Below are positions 1-13,069 of a stretch of DNA of 64,000 bases, in pieces. Both the position numbers and the translations under genes were made by a program. Position 1 is the first letter of the stretch. Each line of letters begins with the position of its first letter. The stretch lies in contig OX597815.1 in assembly GCA_951406725.2 (NCBI GenBank), positions 154,504,001 through 154,568,000 on the forward strand, given 5' to 3'. The notes below the pieces were generated by a model. The model did no database searches. It saw only the letters and a program-made list of their open reading frames with translations, and had not been told where the DNA came from. Source of the DNA: Octopus vulgaris (lineage: Eukaryota).

Positions 1-31
<31 letters not shown>

Positions 32-386
32 TTATATATGTATATATGCATATATGTATATGTATGTATATATGTATATATATATATATATATATATTTC
101 AAATGTGACGATAAAATTCTTTTCGAAAAAAAATATTTTCTCGAAGAAAATTTTATCAATGACCAGCATATTAAAAAGTACCTTTAACGGTTAAATTTAT
201 GAACAATTCATAAATGAGGGCAAAGGAAAAAATTTCTAATGCCAAATATGCCGAAAATTTGGACATATTGTCCAGTAACCATATAATTAAACATAGTAAA
301 TAGGGTAATAAAAGTAAATTATTATTACCAGTGACCTAGCACAAAAGATGAATTAGTCATTAGACTATACGTTATTAATATATAAA

Positions 387-801
387 TACATTAAAAGGTT
401 TCCAAATAAAGAAGCGAGTGCTAGATACACAAAAAGGGGATAAATTCATGAAATGGAATGAAAATCAAAAACGTTTACCAACTCAGCTAATCCTGTACTG
501 CAGTTTCATCTTTTCTTTTGCAAATGAATAGAATTTATCTGCCAAGGCCAGAATCATCAGCAAGAAGCCTTTGTAATCCGAGCTGTAGAAGCGCGTGCAA
601 ATCTAACGATCTGTATATCCTAAGTTTTCAGACCAGTGCGCAGACGCAAAACATTCTATTCATTTGCTAAAAAAAAGATGAAACTGCAGTACAGGATTAG
701 CTGAGTTGGTAAACATTTTTGATTTTCATTCCATTTCATGAATTTATCCCCTTTTTGTGTACCTAGCACTCGCTTCTTTATTTGGAAGAATTTTAATGTA
801 T
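387..801. repeat. Inverted repeat (arms ~387-533 and ~652-801) of a Penelope-like pLTR remnant
   Basis: ccaaataaagaagcgagtgctag...gcaaatgaatagaat recurs as its reverse complement; the right arm ends in (TA)n. Confidence 0.9.
491..565 (-). ncRNA. Type I hammerhead ribozyme motif
   Basis: Minus strand reads tcttg CTGATGA [long stem II] GAAA CTGCAG TA cagga; stem I tcttg/cagga, palindromic stem III ACTGCAGT, GUA triplet. Confidence 0.75.
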
Positions 802-819
802 ATATATATATATATATAT

Positions 820-2240
820 ATTCAGAATTTGTATAAATGTGCATCAGCTGAATAAAGTTAAAATATGGTCTCGTTATCACGTTTTTTATTATTGTATTTT
901 TAAAAGATTTTTTACAATGTTTAAGTATGCTAAACATTAAAAAAATATTTTTTTAATGTTCATAACGTTGAATTAGAGCTTTCATACGTTCATAGCAATC
1001 ATCAGATTTCAAAATCTATTTTAACTGACAGTTGAGTTCTTGACCACTTTAGTAAAATGACGGACGCCTTCATTTTTGTACGTCTTAGAAGGCTCCAACA
1101 AGCTGAATTTTTCGAGAAAGACTTGGACCAATCAGCATGCAGTTTAAACGTATCGGTTTGCAATGTGTACCGATATTACTAGCATAGATCCCGCCTGTAT
1201 TTTAGCCAATTAGCGGTTTACATGTAAATGGTTTTATGAGTGAGCAAACTTAGTTGGTCTCGATCGTTTTTATTGCAAGTGGTGGGAGTCTGCTGTAATT
1301 TGTTTATATTCCTATATTAAAGATATTTCTTAATCCACATGATTAACCGGTTGTTATTTTATTATTGTTATTTTCGTTCAGAACAGATTTGAATATTTTA
1401 ATAAAACGCTTTTCTTTTATCATTCTTCCAAACTCACTTGTGTAAAGTACCTTGTGGAAAGGAAAAATTGGAAATATTTTCTGACCACATGCTTCACTCA
1501 GTGGAATTCGGCGAACATCATTTTCCCAGATTCTTTGTCTGTGAACTTCTGAGCATTCTGATAATACATTCACTATCTCGCCAATATGTAGTTCTTCGCA
1601 ATTAGGGCATTTCGGGCATTTGAATATATTACATATGAATATAAACAAGTTACGAGTTACAGAAGACTCCCACCTATTCAAATAAAAACAATCGAACGAA
1701 GTTCGCTCACTCATAAAACCATTACATATAAGCCGCAAACTAGTTGGTTAAAATAAAGACGGAATATATGTCAGTAATACCGGTGCGCCTGGTAAACCGT
1801 GACGTTTAAGCTGCAGGCTGATTGTGCAAATCTGTATTCGAAAAATTCATCCTGTTGGGGCCCTCTAAAAGGTAAAAAATGAAGAAGTCAGCCATTTTAC
1901 TACAGTTGTCAAGAACTCAACTGTCAGTTGAATATATTTTGAAACCTGAAGATGACTACGAACGTATGAAAGCTCTAATGGAAGTTTATAAACATTACAA
2001 TATATTTTTTTATGTTTAACACACTTTAATATTGTAAAAAACCTTTTTCAATGCAATAATAAAAAACGTGAAAACCAGACATTGTTGTAACTTTAATGAA
2101 CGGATTAAAACATCGGAGATTGGAAGATTGTCCAGAGTTGTGCCATCTGGCTTTACCTGTCCAACAAAATTGGCTGGATACTTTATAAGCACGATCAAAT
2201 TCCAATTTGAGAATAAAAAGTCCATGCCGAGCGTTTGTAA
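820..2240 (-). mobile_element. 5'-truncated Neptune-type Penelope element with inverted pLTR (diverged arms ~935-1325 and ~1625-2020)
   Basis: Spacer encodes a decayed GIY-YIG C-terminus on the minus strand (CPNCEELHIGE..HRQRI..IP.S..FPIFPF..KE..FI..LN); both arms carry decayed HHR-like CTGAnGA..GAAA motifs (~970-1010 and ~1941-1982). Confidence 0.7.
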
Positions 2241-2276
2241 CTGTCTCAAAATACATATATACATATATAAATACTT

Positions 2277-2342
<66 letters not shown>

Positions 2343-2344
2343 CT

Positions 2345-3600
2345 AAATTGTTCAAAAAACAAAAATAAACAGAGATAAGTGAGAAAACAACAAGCAAGGT
2401 GTATTAGCTTGACGCTCAAGAAAAATGGAAGTCTTCGACGTTTCGATCCTACGTAGTTCTACAGAAAGAAATGAGGAGTGAAACGAGATGGATTGGAAAA
2501 AATGGAGAAAATGGGCGTGTCTAGATTAACGGTCGCATACATTGAATTGACTTGAAGGAAGGAAGTGGTTGGAGACAAGGGTTGCAAGGGAGACAAGAAT
2601 AACTAACCTAAAGAGTATGTGTGCAACTATGGGTGTGTATCTGAGGGAAATATGTACGTATGTATATGTGTGCAAGTACGAGCGCATGTATGAGTGTGTT
2701 TGTACAAGCATGTGTGTGAGTATGAGAATCGTGTGAGCTTGCGTATAGGTATGCGTTTGAACGTGCGGACGCATGCATGTGTGTATATGTGCGAGTAAAG
2801 AAGAAATGATGTATGCATGTGTGCTCCGAGTATTTGTGTGTCCGTGTATTGACGTGTGTATCTGTGTGGGAGTGTGTGAGGCAGTTTAACACATACGTAT
2901 ATGAGGCTATCAGGTGCGTGTGTATAAACGCATGCGTGTAACAGCTAATGTATGCGTGTATACTTTATGCGAGTGTGTTCTGGTGTCGTTTTAAGTATGT
3001 GTATAAAAGGTAGTTGGACATATGCGTGCGTGTGTGAGTGTGTGTGTGTTTGTGCATATAATGTATGTGTGAGACAGTTGTATGCGTGTATATTATGCGT
3101 GAATACTGTGCTTGTTTATGCATGTGACTGAGTGTGCGTGTCACTATTAACAGTTGGTGTTATTGGGGCTGTTGGATAAAGTGTGTGTATATACATATCA
3201 TGCGTTTATGCCTGTGTAGCTATGTGTAAGGGCGCTTGTACGCGTGTGTGAGGCTATCGGACATATGTGTGTGTTCTAGGGAGATTTAGTGGATCGACAT
3301 GGATGGAGGTGGAATAAGGATGGAAGAGATAGGGGTTGAGAGGTGTGGGCACATGGCTATATACATGCTACTGTACGTGGGGAAAGTAAGTGAGAGTATG
3401 GGTGCTGGTATGTGTAAATTGGGACGGAGTGTGTGTGTGCGTGTGCATACGTGTCTCCATGTGTAGATGTATGCATATGCTGTAGGGGTCATAATGGTGT
3501 GTGTGGTGTTGATACTGAGTATAATGGTGTGGAGAATGTGTGTGGGAGTAGAGAAGGAGGGGCAATAGAAGTGGGAGGAGTGTGGTGTGTGTAAACGAAG
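2345..3600 (-). mobile_element. Penelope pLTR remnant with minimal HHR-like motif (2433-2468) and adjoining degenerate GT/CA-rich tract
   Basis: Minus strand cttt CTGTAGA..GAAACGTC gaag; similar to 21890-22050 and 58470-58665. Confidence 0.5.
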
Positions 3601-3779
3601 GGAGCTAACGATTTGAGACCATTAGGGACTGAGGAATGAAGGCCAGTCTGAATACAAATAAATATTGCAGAGAAAAACCGGTTGATCCAACCTGATCGAA
3701 CTGTCTCCTCTCTTGAACCCTCATCTCATTTCCTACCGTTTTCTCGGACCTTTCCTGTCTCTACAGAAGTTTAATTGGG

Positions 3780-4480
3780 AATATTCCACAAGTATTCCTT
3801 GAGTTGGTACTTACGAATGTATTCTATAATAGAACGATTTTCTAGGTTTCTTTCAGGCCAGTTTTTTTTATGCCTGTGTCATTGTAAATTGTTTTAGCCA
3901 CTACATCGTGCCACATAGGGAGGTAGCACCGTGACGACACTTTAGGATAGCTGCTAATCACATGCATAATGTTTTGCACAGGAAGGTGACATAGCCTACA
4001 CATACGGCTGCACCTTGGGATTACAAGAGCATCACTGTCTCTCTTTTTCCCCAGGTACTTTGTGGCAATCTCCTGTTCCTGGATTGCAAACGCATAACAT
4101 TCAAAGTGTGATATGATATAGTGGCCAAGAGAGACTACGCTCCGTGTCAATTCTACTGTCTTCTTCAAGCTTCCTGGTAATATACCCATGCATGGTCTTT
4201 TTCTATTTTTGTATGCTGAGTGCTTTCCATCCACGTCTTCTCTGAGGAAAGAGAGCCCAGCTGTTTGGGGGCTGTATAGCAGATCATCAGAAAGAGTGTT
4301 TCTCGTACAATGTTGCTCCCTTCACTTTTCAGGACTGCATTAATATATGTGCTGCCTCTTTTAGTTTTCGTATTTTCCACTGGTGTTCTCTGTCTATTAC
4401 ATTAATTTCATCCCACAGGAGAAAGTGGTCACCGCTTTTCCATACCCGATTTTTCGACATCTCTCCGTGTCAGAGCCTTA
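3780..4480 (-). mobile_element. Dong/R4-like LINE C-terminal remnant
   Basis: FAIQEQEIATKY and CRLCHLPVQNIMHVISS (decayed CCHC finger), HDVVAK. Confidence 0.75.
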
Positions 4481-5439
4481 CGACGTTCCTCTACTCTTAT
4501 TTTGAGTGGACATCATGTTTCGCCTTTGTATAACCTACAACAACTGCATGGGATGGAGTACACGTAGTCTTTTGTCATACTCTCTTGTATTGCTGGTTTT
4601 ACTCACAGGAGATATTTCCGTATATTTCTGTATTACTTTTGTATACTGTCCTGATGTGATATGGACTGCATATCTTTTGTATCTTTTCCAGAAGGCCTAT
4701 CACACAGGGTAGACAGACTGGCCAATGTATGGGTTTCATCCTCTTTCCTCTTCCTAATTGGAGTGAATAGTATGCTTTTTTTGGTAGTTGTTGCTTAATA
4801 GATTGTTACTTAGCTTGTTCATTTCTTCGGGTCGTGTATCAGGATTCCAAGTTATATTCGTTGCTCGGTGTTTTAGGCGCTGATCAATCCCTCTCTTTAC
4901 ACTAAATGGATGGTGGAATACCTCAACTTCAATTCTTACCAGTCACGCCTATGCCTATAGCCATGCCTGTGCCCATAACCACACTGCGCCTATAGCCACC
5001 CTTGCGCCTGTAGCCAATACTTGCGCTTATTGATAGCTAAAATAATAAATAAAACATTTTGAAGCAACATTTTTAGTCAATATATTTTTATTTTATTTGG
5101 ATTACATTATAAAGAAAAATGATTATGAGTAAGGTTGTTTTGATGCTACTTGAAATGGAAAAAAAGCTACAACTTCACCAAATCTAATACATGTCCATTA
5201 GTGTAGGCACAAAAGGTATTATATATAATCCTTTCTTACCTTCTTGGAAATTTTAGGTAAAATTATACTAAGGTGTCCATCTGTTTTAATTTAATCAAAT
5301 TCTATGTATTTAAGCAGCTGAAGTATGATATGCATTTAAATTTATGAACTGATTGCATTGTTCAATTAAATAGAGTTGCTTGAAACGATCGTACTGCTTT
5401 ACCTCTGGATGTCCTTGTTGTTTATTTTGATATAATCCT

Positions 5440-5640
5440 GTCTTATATAGGCACAAGGTCCTGATATTTTGGGGGAAGGGCTAAGTTGATTGCATAGGTC
5501 CCAGTGCTTAAATGATACTTATTTTATCGACTGCGAAAGGATGTTGACCTGAATAGAATTTGAAATCAGAACGTAAACACGGAGGAAATGTCGCTAAGCC
5601 TTTTTTCTGGTGTTGTTAACAATTATGTCAGTTAGCCACA
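5440..5640 (-). mobile_element. Degraded tRNA-derived SINE (family B)
   Basis: Similar to 42357-42590 (acttattttatcgac..gaaaggatg..gaatttgaa.tcagaacgtaa). Confidence 0.65.
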
Positions 5641-6706
5641 TTAGGGTCACAATAAATAATAACTATCTTTATTGTTGTGTCGTAAAACATCGGTCATAAT
5701 CGAGTTGAGCAGACATCAAATTAAATATGGTCCCATATTACCTATTCTCTTTTTCTAAAAGTGTCCAAGCTACATTAATTTTATGAAGCCGTCTAATGTT
5801 TCAAGATAACGTGATGTGTGTTGTGGGAGCATTTCGCAGCAATTTGTTGCAAGATGAGCGACAGTAATGAATATTTCTTTGGTATTTGATTTCGAGCTCA
5901 GATGTCAGGGAAGATAGAGTGCACGGAGGAAAGAAGACGGTTTGTAAAAATACACACTTAATAACGGAATTTATTCATTCCCGTACAATTTATGTTTCAT
6001 CTAAATTATCTCGTAGAGGGAGAACCAGAGTAGAACAAACACTTACTTCTCAACGAGTAAACAACAGCAATTTCAACAAGAGCAACAATAGTAATAAATT
6101 CCTGGCATGATTCAGAATAAATATTCAAGTGATAAGAAAAGCAAAAATAGCAATGGCGACAAGAAAAACGAAAAACAGCAACGTGCAACAACAGCGTGTC
6201 GAATTCAATTTAACGCAGTCATATTACGATACAGTTACGAAATTGATTTGTGATAAACATGAAAACATCAGTACACAAGGTTTTACACATGCCATGCAAA
6301 CATAATAATCGACTAGTAACGTTTGAGGTCATTGTTAAAAGAAAATAGTCGATGAAACATCGAAAATATCCTATAAATTGAAATTGCCAGATTTCATCAT
6401 TTTCCCAAGAAATAGACATGTAGTAAAGAGAAAAATAAGCATTTGATATAAAATGTCATTCACACGAGAATATCAAATACTTTCGGAATCTATTTTCCCT
6501 ATCCATGCAAAGTGATAGAAGAGACAATGTTGTTTATTCTCTCGCTATTCAATGTATTATATTGTGTTTAGCACATGTGGATTTGTAAGACAAGCCAAGA
6601 TAATATGAATACAGAGATACAATGGTATATATACACACATAAATTAGCATACATAATTATCTTTACTTATATACTTATATGTTATCAAGTTGGTGTCATA
6701 CATATA

Positions 6707-7484
6707 CAGTGCAGTGTAAAAGTCTTCGGCCACTATAAACTATCGTAAATTTCTACTAAATGCCAACTTATAAGTGGATGTTTCGCATCGCGTATTTTAC
6801 AGATGAAACATAGGCCCTGTTGGAGTCATTTCCATACCTAATCATTGTTTTTTTGCAGTAGGGTTTATGAATGAAAGGGGAAGGTGCGACATGACCACCA
6901 AAGAAATGGCTGTGCAAACATTTTCGGTCACCTCTCATATACCAATCAAGATACAGTGTATTAAAACAGAAAAATGTATATAATGAAAATTTATCAAATA
7001 TTGTTTATTTAAAAAAGTTACTGTACATTGTTAATATTTCGTGTGGCATCCCTTAGCTTGAATAATCGCGTCAATATACCTGAGAAAAGACGCGTACAAA
7101 TCCTCCACAATCTCCACAGGTATGCGATGCAATTCTCTGTGGCTGAGCTCTTGCAACACTCGAAGATTGCGTGGATTCTTCTGACGAACTTCTGTTTTTA
7201 GTTCTGTCAACATTTGTTCGATGATATTTAAGCCAGAGCTCTGAGCTGGCCAATTTTTCAAAACGGTAACACCTTCATCAGCCAGACTCTGTTGTGCTGC
7301 ATGTGATCTGTCGCATAGAGCTCCGTCATGCTGGAAAATCTCACCTTCATCGAAGTGTGATGTCAAATTGTCCTTCAACATATGGATGTACCTGGCACTA
7401 TTCAAGTTACCGTCAATTTAACCATCATTCTTGAACCATCATTTACAATAGTTTATAGTGACCGAAGACTTTTGCATGATACTG
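6707..7484 (-). mobile_element. Internally deleted Tc1-like DNA transposon with ~44-bp TIRs
   Basis: TA-cagtgcagtgtaaaagtcttcggccactataaacta pairs with tagtttatagtgaccgaagacttttgcatgatactg; ORF 7031-7405 has FQHDGA, WPAQSSGLNIIE and KGCHTKY. Confidence 0.9.
7031..7405 (-). pseudogene. Tc1-family transposase, C-terminal catalytic fragment
   Basis: Second D and the E of the DDE triad are present; the N-terminal half is deleted. Confidence 0.85.
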
Positions 7485-7619
7485 TGTATGTATGTATGTA
7501 TGTATGTATGTATGTATGTATGTATGTATGTATGTATGTATATATATATATATATATACATATATATATACACACGCACATACATACATACCATACATAT
7601 ATACATACATACACACATA

Positions 7620-7722
7620 CGTATAGTGACTATGACAGGCTCCACCTAACAAGAAATGAAGGTGGGAGAGAACTGAAATCAGTCCATACGGCCTTCGAAT
7701 GCCGTATGGTATCACACTATAA
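7620..7722 (+). mobile_element. Short Dong/R4-like RT fragment
   Basis: YDRLHLTRNEGGRELKSV resembles the RLY.PR..GGRGL motif. Confidence 0.55.
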
Positions 7723-7730
7723 TTGCCCAC

Positions 7731-7806
7731 TGGAATATAGCGCAATGGTTAAGAGCGCGGGCTACTAACCCCAAGATTCCGAGTTCAATTCCAGGCAGTG
7801 CCTTGA

Positions 7807-7872
<66 letters not shown>
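7731..7872 (+). mobile_element. Short tRNA-derived SINE-like element with (AAT)n tail
   Basis: A-box tagcgcaatgg, B-box gagttcaattcc; second copy at 27178. Confidence 0.7.
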
Positions 7873-8060
7873 CTCAGCAAAATATACCATAGGAATGAGA
7901 ACAAGGGTTGGGTTCAAAATTCTACCAGGACATCTGATGAAGGCTGGAGAGATAATCACCCGAAAAGTTGTGGTAACAACAACGAAGATGAGGACATATA
8001 TCCGTATAAGGAAAATAATGTACAGGATTCCTCATCTCTAAAATATAGAACTGTAAATAT
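7873..8060 (+). mobile_element. Penelope pLTR remnant with decayed HHR (~7931-7975)
   Basis: CTGATGA aggctggagagataatcaccc GAAA. Confidence 0.5.
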
Positions 8061-8553
8061 TGTTTGGTTCATCTCAATATATTTTTCGGGATCATAAACA
8101 AATTGAGAGGTATTTCGTGAAATGATGTATATATATATATATACTAATATAGGATGAAGTTATTTAACAGAAAAAAATTTCATCAAAAAAGTGGCAGTAT
8201 ATTAAGATATCTTTAAAGATTAAAATTATAAACAACTTATAAACATGGACAAAAGAAAATTATTTCTATGCCAATATGTTGATAACAGATTTTTAAATCT
8301 ATAATTTCCACATATTATTATACCCACTACAGAAATACGTTGTGATGAAATCGAGGAAAGCTAGCCAACAGAATTTTTTAAAAAGTTCGTTATTTCTATA
8401 TTGAATCAATTTCGGAATTAATCTTATAATAGATTTTTTCCTCTATTAAACAATTCAATAATGAAAGTTGTTATTCACACCATAGAGAAAACATGCTATA
8501 AAAACCTTGTTCTAAAAATCAATAAAGCGCAAAAACAATAAATAGTAATAAAA

Positions 8554-8657
8554 AGACAACGCGCGTTTCGTAGCTATATTTTCAAATAGATAATAATAAT
8601 AAAATCAATTCGATCCAAAATTAATTCTATTTAAAAATATAGTCACTCATCAGGTCT
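8554..8657 (-). ncRNA. Type I hammerhead ribozyme motif with long stem II
   Basis: agac CTGATGA gtgactatatttttaaataga...tctatttgaaaatatagctac GAAA CGCGCG TT gtct. Confidence 0.75.
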
Positions 8658-8659
8658 AA

Positions 8660-8753
<94 letters not shown>

Positions 8754-9239
8754 GACTAGAATAAATGGACTTATCTTAACCTATAATAATTATCAAATGA
8801 ATATAGAAAAATGCGTGTATTAACTATCAATAATCGAAAAACATTTAACACTATTTTAAAAATTAAAAACAACTTATCGAAGGATTTCTGTTAACTAAAA
8901 TTTTAAAGGTATTACGTAGAACTTAGCATTTTAAAGAAATATATCGTGTGAAAATATGGTGTAAATAGAATTTATATAATAAAGAAATAGAAATATGCAT
9001 GTAAGATATTAAAATTACAAATGTACTTTAGCTGTGAGAATAAGAAAAAAATTTACTATAATATACCATTTGCTGGAAAAATTGTAAAGTCTAAATAACT
9101 TAAAAGCAAACATACGTAAAATACATAATATAATAAACATAAATTAAGCTAAATTTCTATAATTTAATCTATTTTCATTAATTAATTTATCTCTTTTATA
9201 AACATCTAATTTCATCTTATTCTAATTATTTAAAATTAT

Positions 9240-10237
9240 TCTAAGTTCCTCCTATGCTTTCGCACCTCTGACATCACAATTTTGTTGATTAACAATTGTT
9301 CACACATCCCCAGACTCCCTTCTTCCCAGCTGCTTGCTATTCTTTGATAATGTTATTGGTTTCACAATGGTACTGGAGGAAGAGTTTTAAACACGCTGCA
9401 TATATCTTATACATTAAATTCCGGGAAGCAATTGGCCAGTAGGCTTTTTTTGCCATGTGGGTGGTTCTGCATTTGGGGATCAATCTTGTCTCTGCCAGAG
9501 CTAACCACAGTTGCTGGTAATAATTATAAAGTATGGTCGGTAGAATGCTAGCTTCTTGTACTAATATCCAACAATCAAGTCTCTTCCAGGTGCTTTTCCA
9601 TCCCGGAGTTTCTTGAACACAGTTGCAAGAGTTTCACCATAAATGTTGTATATCTTGGATGTAACGCATGTCGCTGTATACTATTGCCTGGTTGCGGTTA
9701 AAATTTTTGTTTTTTGTTCTTCTCTCGGTTATTCCCTACTGATGTCAGTTTTTCACTGACAACTTTTTACCTCATGCTTGAGAGTAATCAGTTTACAAGT
9801 GAGTATCCTCTTTTTGCTGTCTCCAAACACAATATCAATCTCCTTATTTACTTTCTGTTGGTGGGACATATAGTGATTTGCTTGTTTGCATGCAATCAGC
9901 ATCATTATATGACTGATGGTCTTCCATAAACTAGTTATCTTTTTCTCTGTCTTCAAAATCCATGATGGTAATTTACTTTCTTTGTTATTTCCATTTTGCT
10001 TACTTTTTGAATATCATTCATGTACTGTTTTACAATACATGAATGATATTCATGTGGGTTCATCACACTGTTGTAAATTCGCATCACCAATTTCGTTAAC
10101 ACCTTTTAATATCGTATCTAATGATTTTTACTTATTTTGGTAGAGAATACACTCTCCTCGAGGGAGTACTTCAGACCCAAAGTTATTTTGTCTAGGAAGG
10201 TTTCAGTAAGGGTACATTTCACCAGCATATAATCATG

Positions 10238-10329
<92 letters not shown>

Positions 10330-10580
10330 AACAATAATCTTTGCGATAGTGCCTGCTATTTGCCATAGTCGTAGAAGGAGTACAGTGGTCAGTTACTTGA
10401 GTCAATAATGTAGTTTGGCTAGCAAGCACTATAGAATCAGTTGGGCTTTGTTTCGCTTTTTCGTAGCAGTTAAATAGATCATTATTCAATTCATAACTCC
10501 AAGAGAAATGAGTTTTGTAGTTACGGTTCCTTCTATGACTACAGCTAGAAAGAATTTGTTTACCCGTTGAGCTGTTGTTT
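9240..10580 (-). mobile_element. Dong/R4-like LINE, N-terminal and RT-start remnant interrupted by (ACT)n
   Basis: Manual translation gives YWPIASRNLMYK...QAAGKKGVWGCVEQLLINK; WSYELNNDLFNCYEKAK. Confidence 0.75.
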
Positions 10581-12131
10581 TCGTTCTTTTCCTCAATTGT
10601 GTTGTTGATGTGTCCAGTCATGTCGTTTATAGTAACTCTCTGCATGCTAAATACAAGTTTCAGTCGAAAATCACTACGATCGTGAATAAAATTCTTCCAC
10701 GGTTAATTCTTCTGAAGATTAGCCACTTATTTAACATGGCTGATAGTTGTGGCTATCAGTTGGAGATAGTATTCATCGTATTTTCGATAGTCTTCCACGC
10801 CAAGTACGTGACTTGTCGCTTCGAGTAGTGTAATGTACGTATGTACGTATGCATATATGTATATTTTTTCTGAGTGTGTGTTGAGAGAGAGAAAAGAGAA
10901 AGAGAAAGAGAGAGAAATACAGAGAGATAAAGAGAGAGAAATGCATGCAACCATTTTAACAGACCCTCATACACTATCATGTAAAAAGCATTCAGTATGG
11001 GATATTGTTTCGGAGGGGGAAAAAACCCCTCTAGAATTTGTGAGGACAAACACATCAAGTAGAACTGATGTCATCGGACTGCCAGACACGGTGATTGGGT
11101 GTGATTTTGCATCTCAGTAACGGATGCCACTAAGGTATTTGCCTCTAAGCCGGGACTTTTATTGCTATACATTGTAAACGGCAAATAATAGATTTACTGG
11201 TGTGTGTGGAGTTTTGCAAGTAAAGATATTTTAGTTTATACACACAGAGCAACGAAGATCAAAATTAAATATCAGTAGTTACCGGTTATTAGAGCAGAGA
11301 GCAGAAGAATATGATACATAATATGATATACCAGAATTTGGAAATTTTTTCTTGATTTTAAACACCTTTTCTTGTATTTAAGATACCATTCTACCAGTGA
11401 CATTAGTAGTTTTCTTTATTAAAGTCTCTCAAACAAAATTTTGGAGATGCTCACGTATATTATCCTTATAATTAGAAAAGCGATTTCTGGAGTATATCAA
11501 TTTTAAAAAGTACTACTAATAATAAAAATGATGATCACTTAATGCTAAAAAAATAATTTAGAAATTGCAGCCAAAATGCTTTTAATGTGATTCAAATAAA
11601 TGACATAATTATTTTGCCCTTCAGAAAATAAGAAGGATACTAGCACCTGGAAACGCTACACACGCTTATACGCAAGGAAAATGTTTACCATATCCAATTA
11701 ACTGCGAATACACTTGCATACAGTTAAACAGAAATGAATACTTAATGCAATACTTTGAGAAAACTTCATATTTGCTATAATAGCAGACATCTGTGACGAA
11801 GAATTTGCTAAAGTTCTATTATTATATCTACTTAAATTTCTGTATCGAGAGTTGAAGTTGGCGGTGTCTTTTAAAATAATGTAAATCAAAGAGGAATGCG
11901 TGGAGTATGCAAATATGATAGAGATAAAAAGAAGAAATTAGTTTAAAAGCAAGTCAGCAAGACAACTCACAACCAAAAGAAATGATTTGAATAAGTAGAC
12001 TGTCATATAAATAAAAAGAGAAAAGATTACTTCAAGCAAGCCTTGTTCAATCACGACTAACACATCGATAAGTGCGTTTCAGACAATAAGAAAGAAGCTG
12101 CTAATTCGCTTTTCTAACACACAACAAGAAA

Positions 12132-12220
<89 letters not shown>

Positions 12221-12260
12221 TAATAAATAGAATATATGAAAAATATCGATTTCCTACTAG

Positions 12261-12291
<31 letters not shown>

Positions 12292-12336
12292 ATATGAAAG
12301 AAGGTTTGAAAATGTAATTTTAAAAGATGTTTATTC

Positions 12337-12378
12337 ACTCGACCGGTTTCACTTTTTTAGAAAAAGATTGTCAAGAGT
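12337..12378 (-). ncRNA. Minimal hammerhead motif with U3-A8 variant core
   Basis: actc TTGACAA tctttttctaaaaaagt GAAA CCGG TC gagt. Confidence 0.7.
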
Positions 12379-12735
12379 AAAATGTAAAAGCTTTGTTGTG
12401 TTAAGTACTGGTTGTCACAAAATATTGCAATATATATGCAAATTCTTTGATAATAATATCAAAATGTTAAAAACAGTTTAGAAGGAAAAATCTTGGGAAA
12501 ATATTAAAAAGTTCATTAAAAATATTAGGATTTCATTAAAAACAAGATTGTCAAAACTAAAATGTGAAAGCTTTGTAAAAGCTTTGTTGTGTTAAGTACT
12601 GGTTGTCACAAAATATTGCAATACATATATACATACTTTGATATTAATAAGAATATGTTAAAAACAGTTTGGAAGGAAAAATCTTGAGAAAATATTAAAA
12701 AGTTCATTTAAAAATATTAGGATTTCATAAAAAAA
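12363..12735. repeat. Tandem duplication (~180-bp period) within the pLTR
   Basis: aagattgtcaa...aaaaatattaggatttcat occurs twice; further copy at 21335-21600. Confidence 0.85.
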
Positions 12736-13069
12736 TCATGTTCGTTTGAAAGTATAGATATATACACACAGAAAATTATAAGTTCAAAATGGTCATATTT
12801 GGTGGTATATATATATACACATAAGGAGATATATTTAGGAGGTTACAAAGAATTTGAGGTGAACCGACCTGTTTTACCACTTTTTATTTTCTGTGAAGCT
12901 AAAAGGCTGCCTGCTATTTTAAGGGACAGTGTGGGAGGTTGGTTAGGGTGGGGGAAGGAAGAGCAATGTGGAATTGAAAGGATTTTTGGGTTTCTCTTTC
13001 AAGGTTGGTCTTTCATAGCTAGTCTTTCTTGGTTAAGTTGTTTTGGGGACTGGTCTTAGAGGTCAGAAT

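Noticed and set aside
4945-5030. CRISPR-like array
   Set aside because: Degenerate tandem units with no unique spacers, eukaryotic context, no cas genes
10950-11160. HDV-like ribozyme upstream of the Dong/R4 remnant
   Set aside because: The nested double pseudoknot could not be assembled by eye
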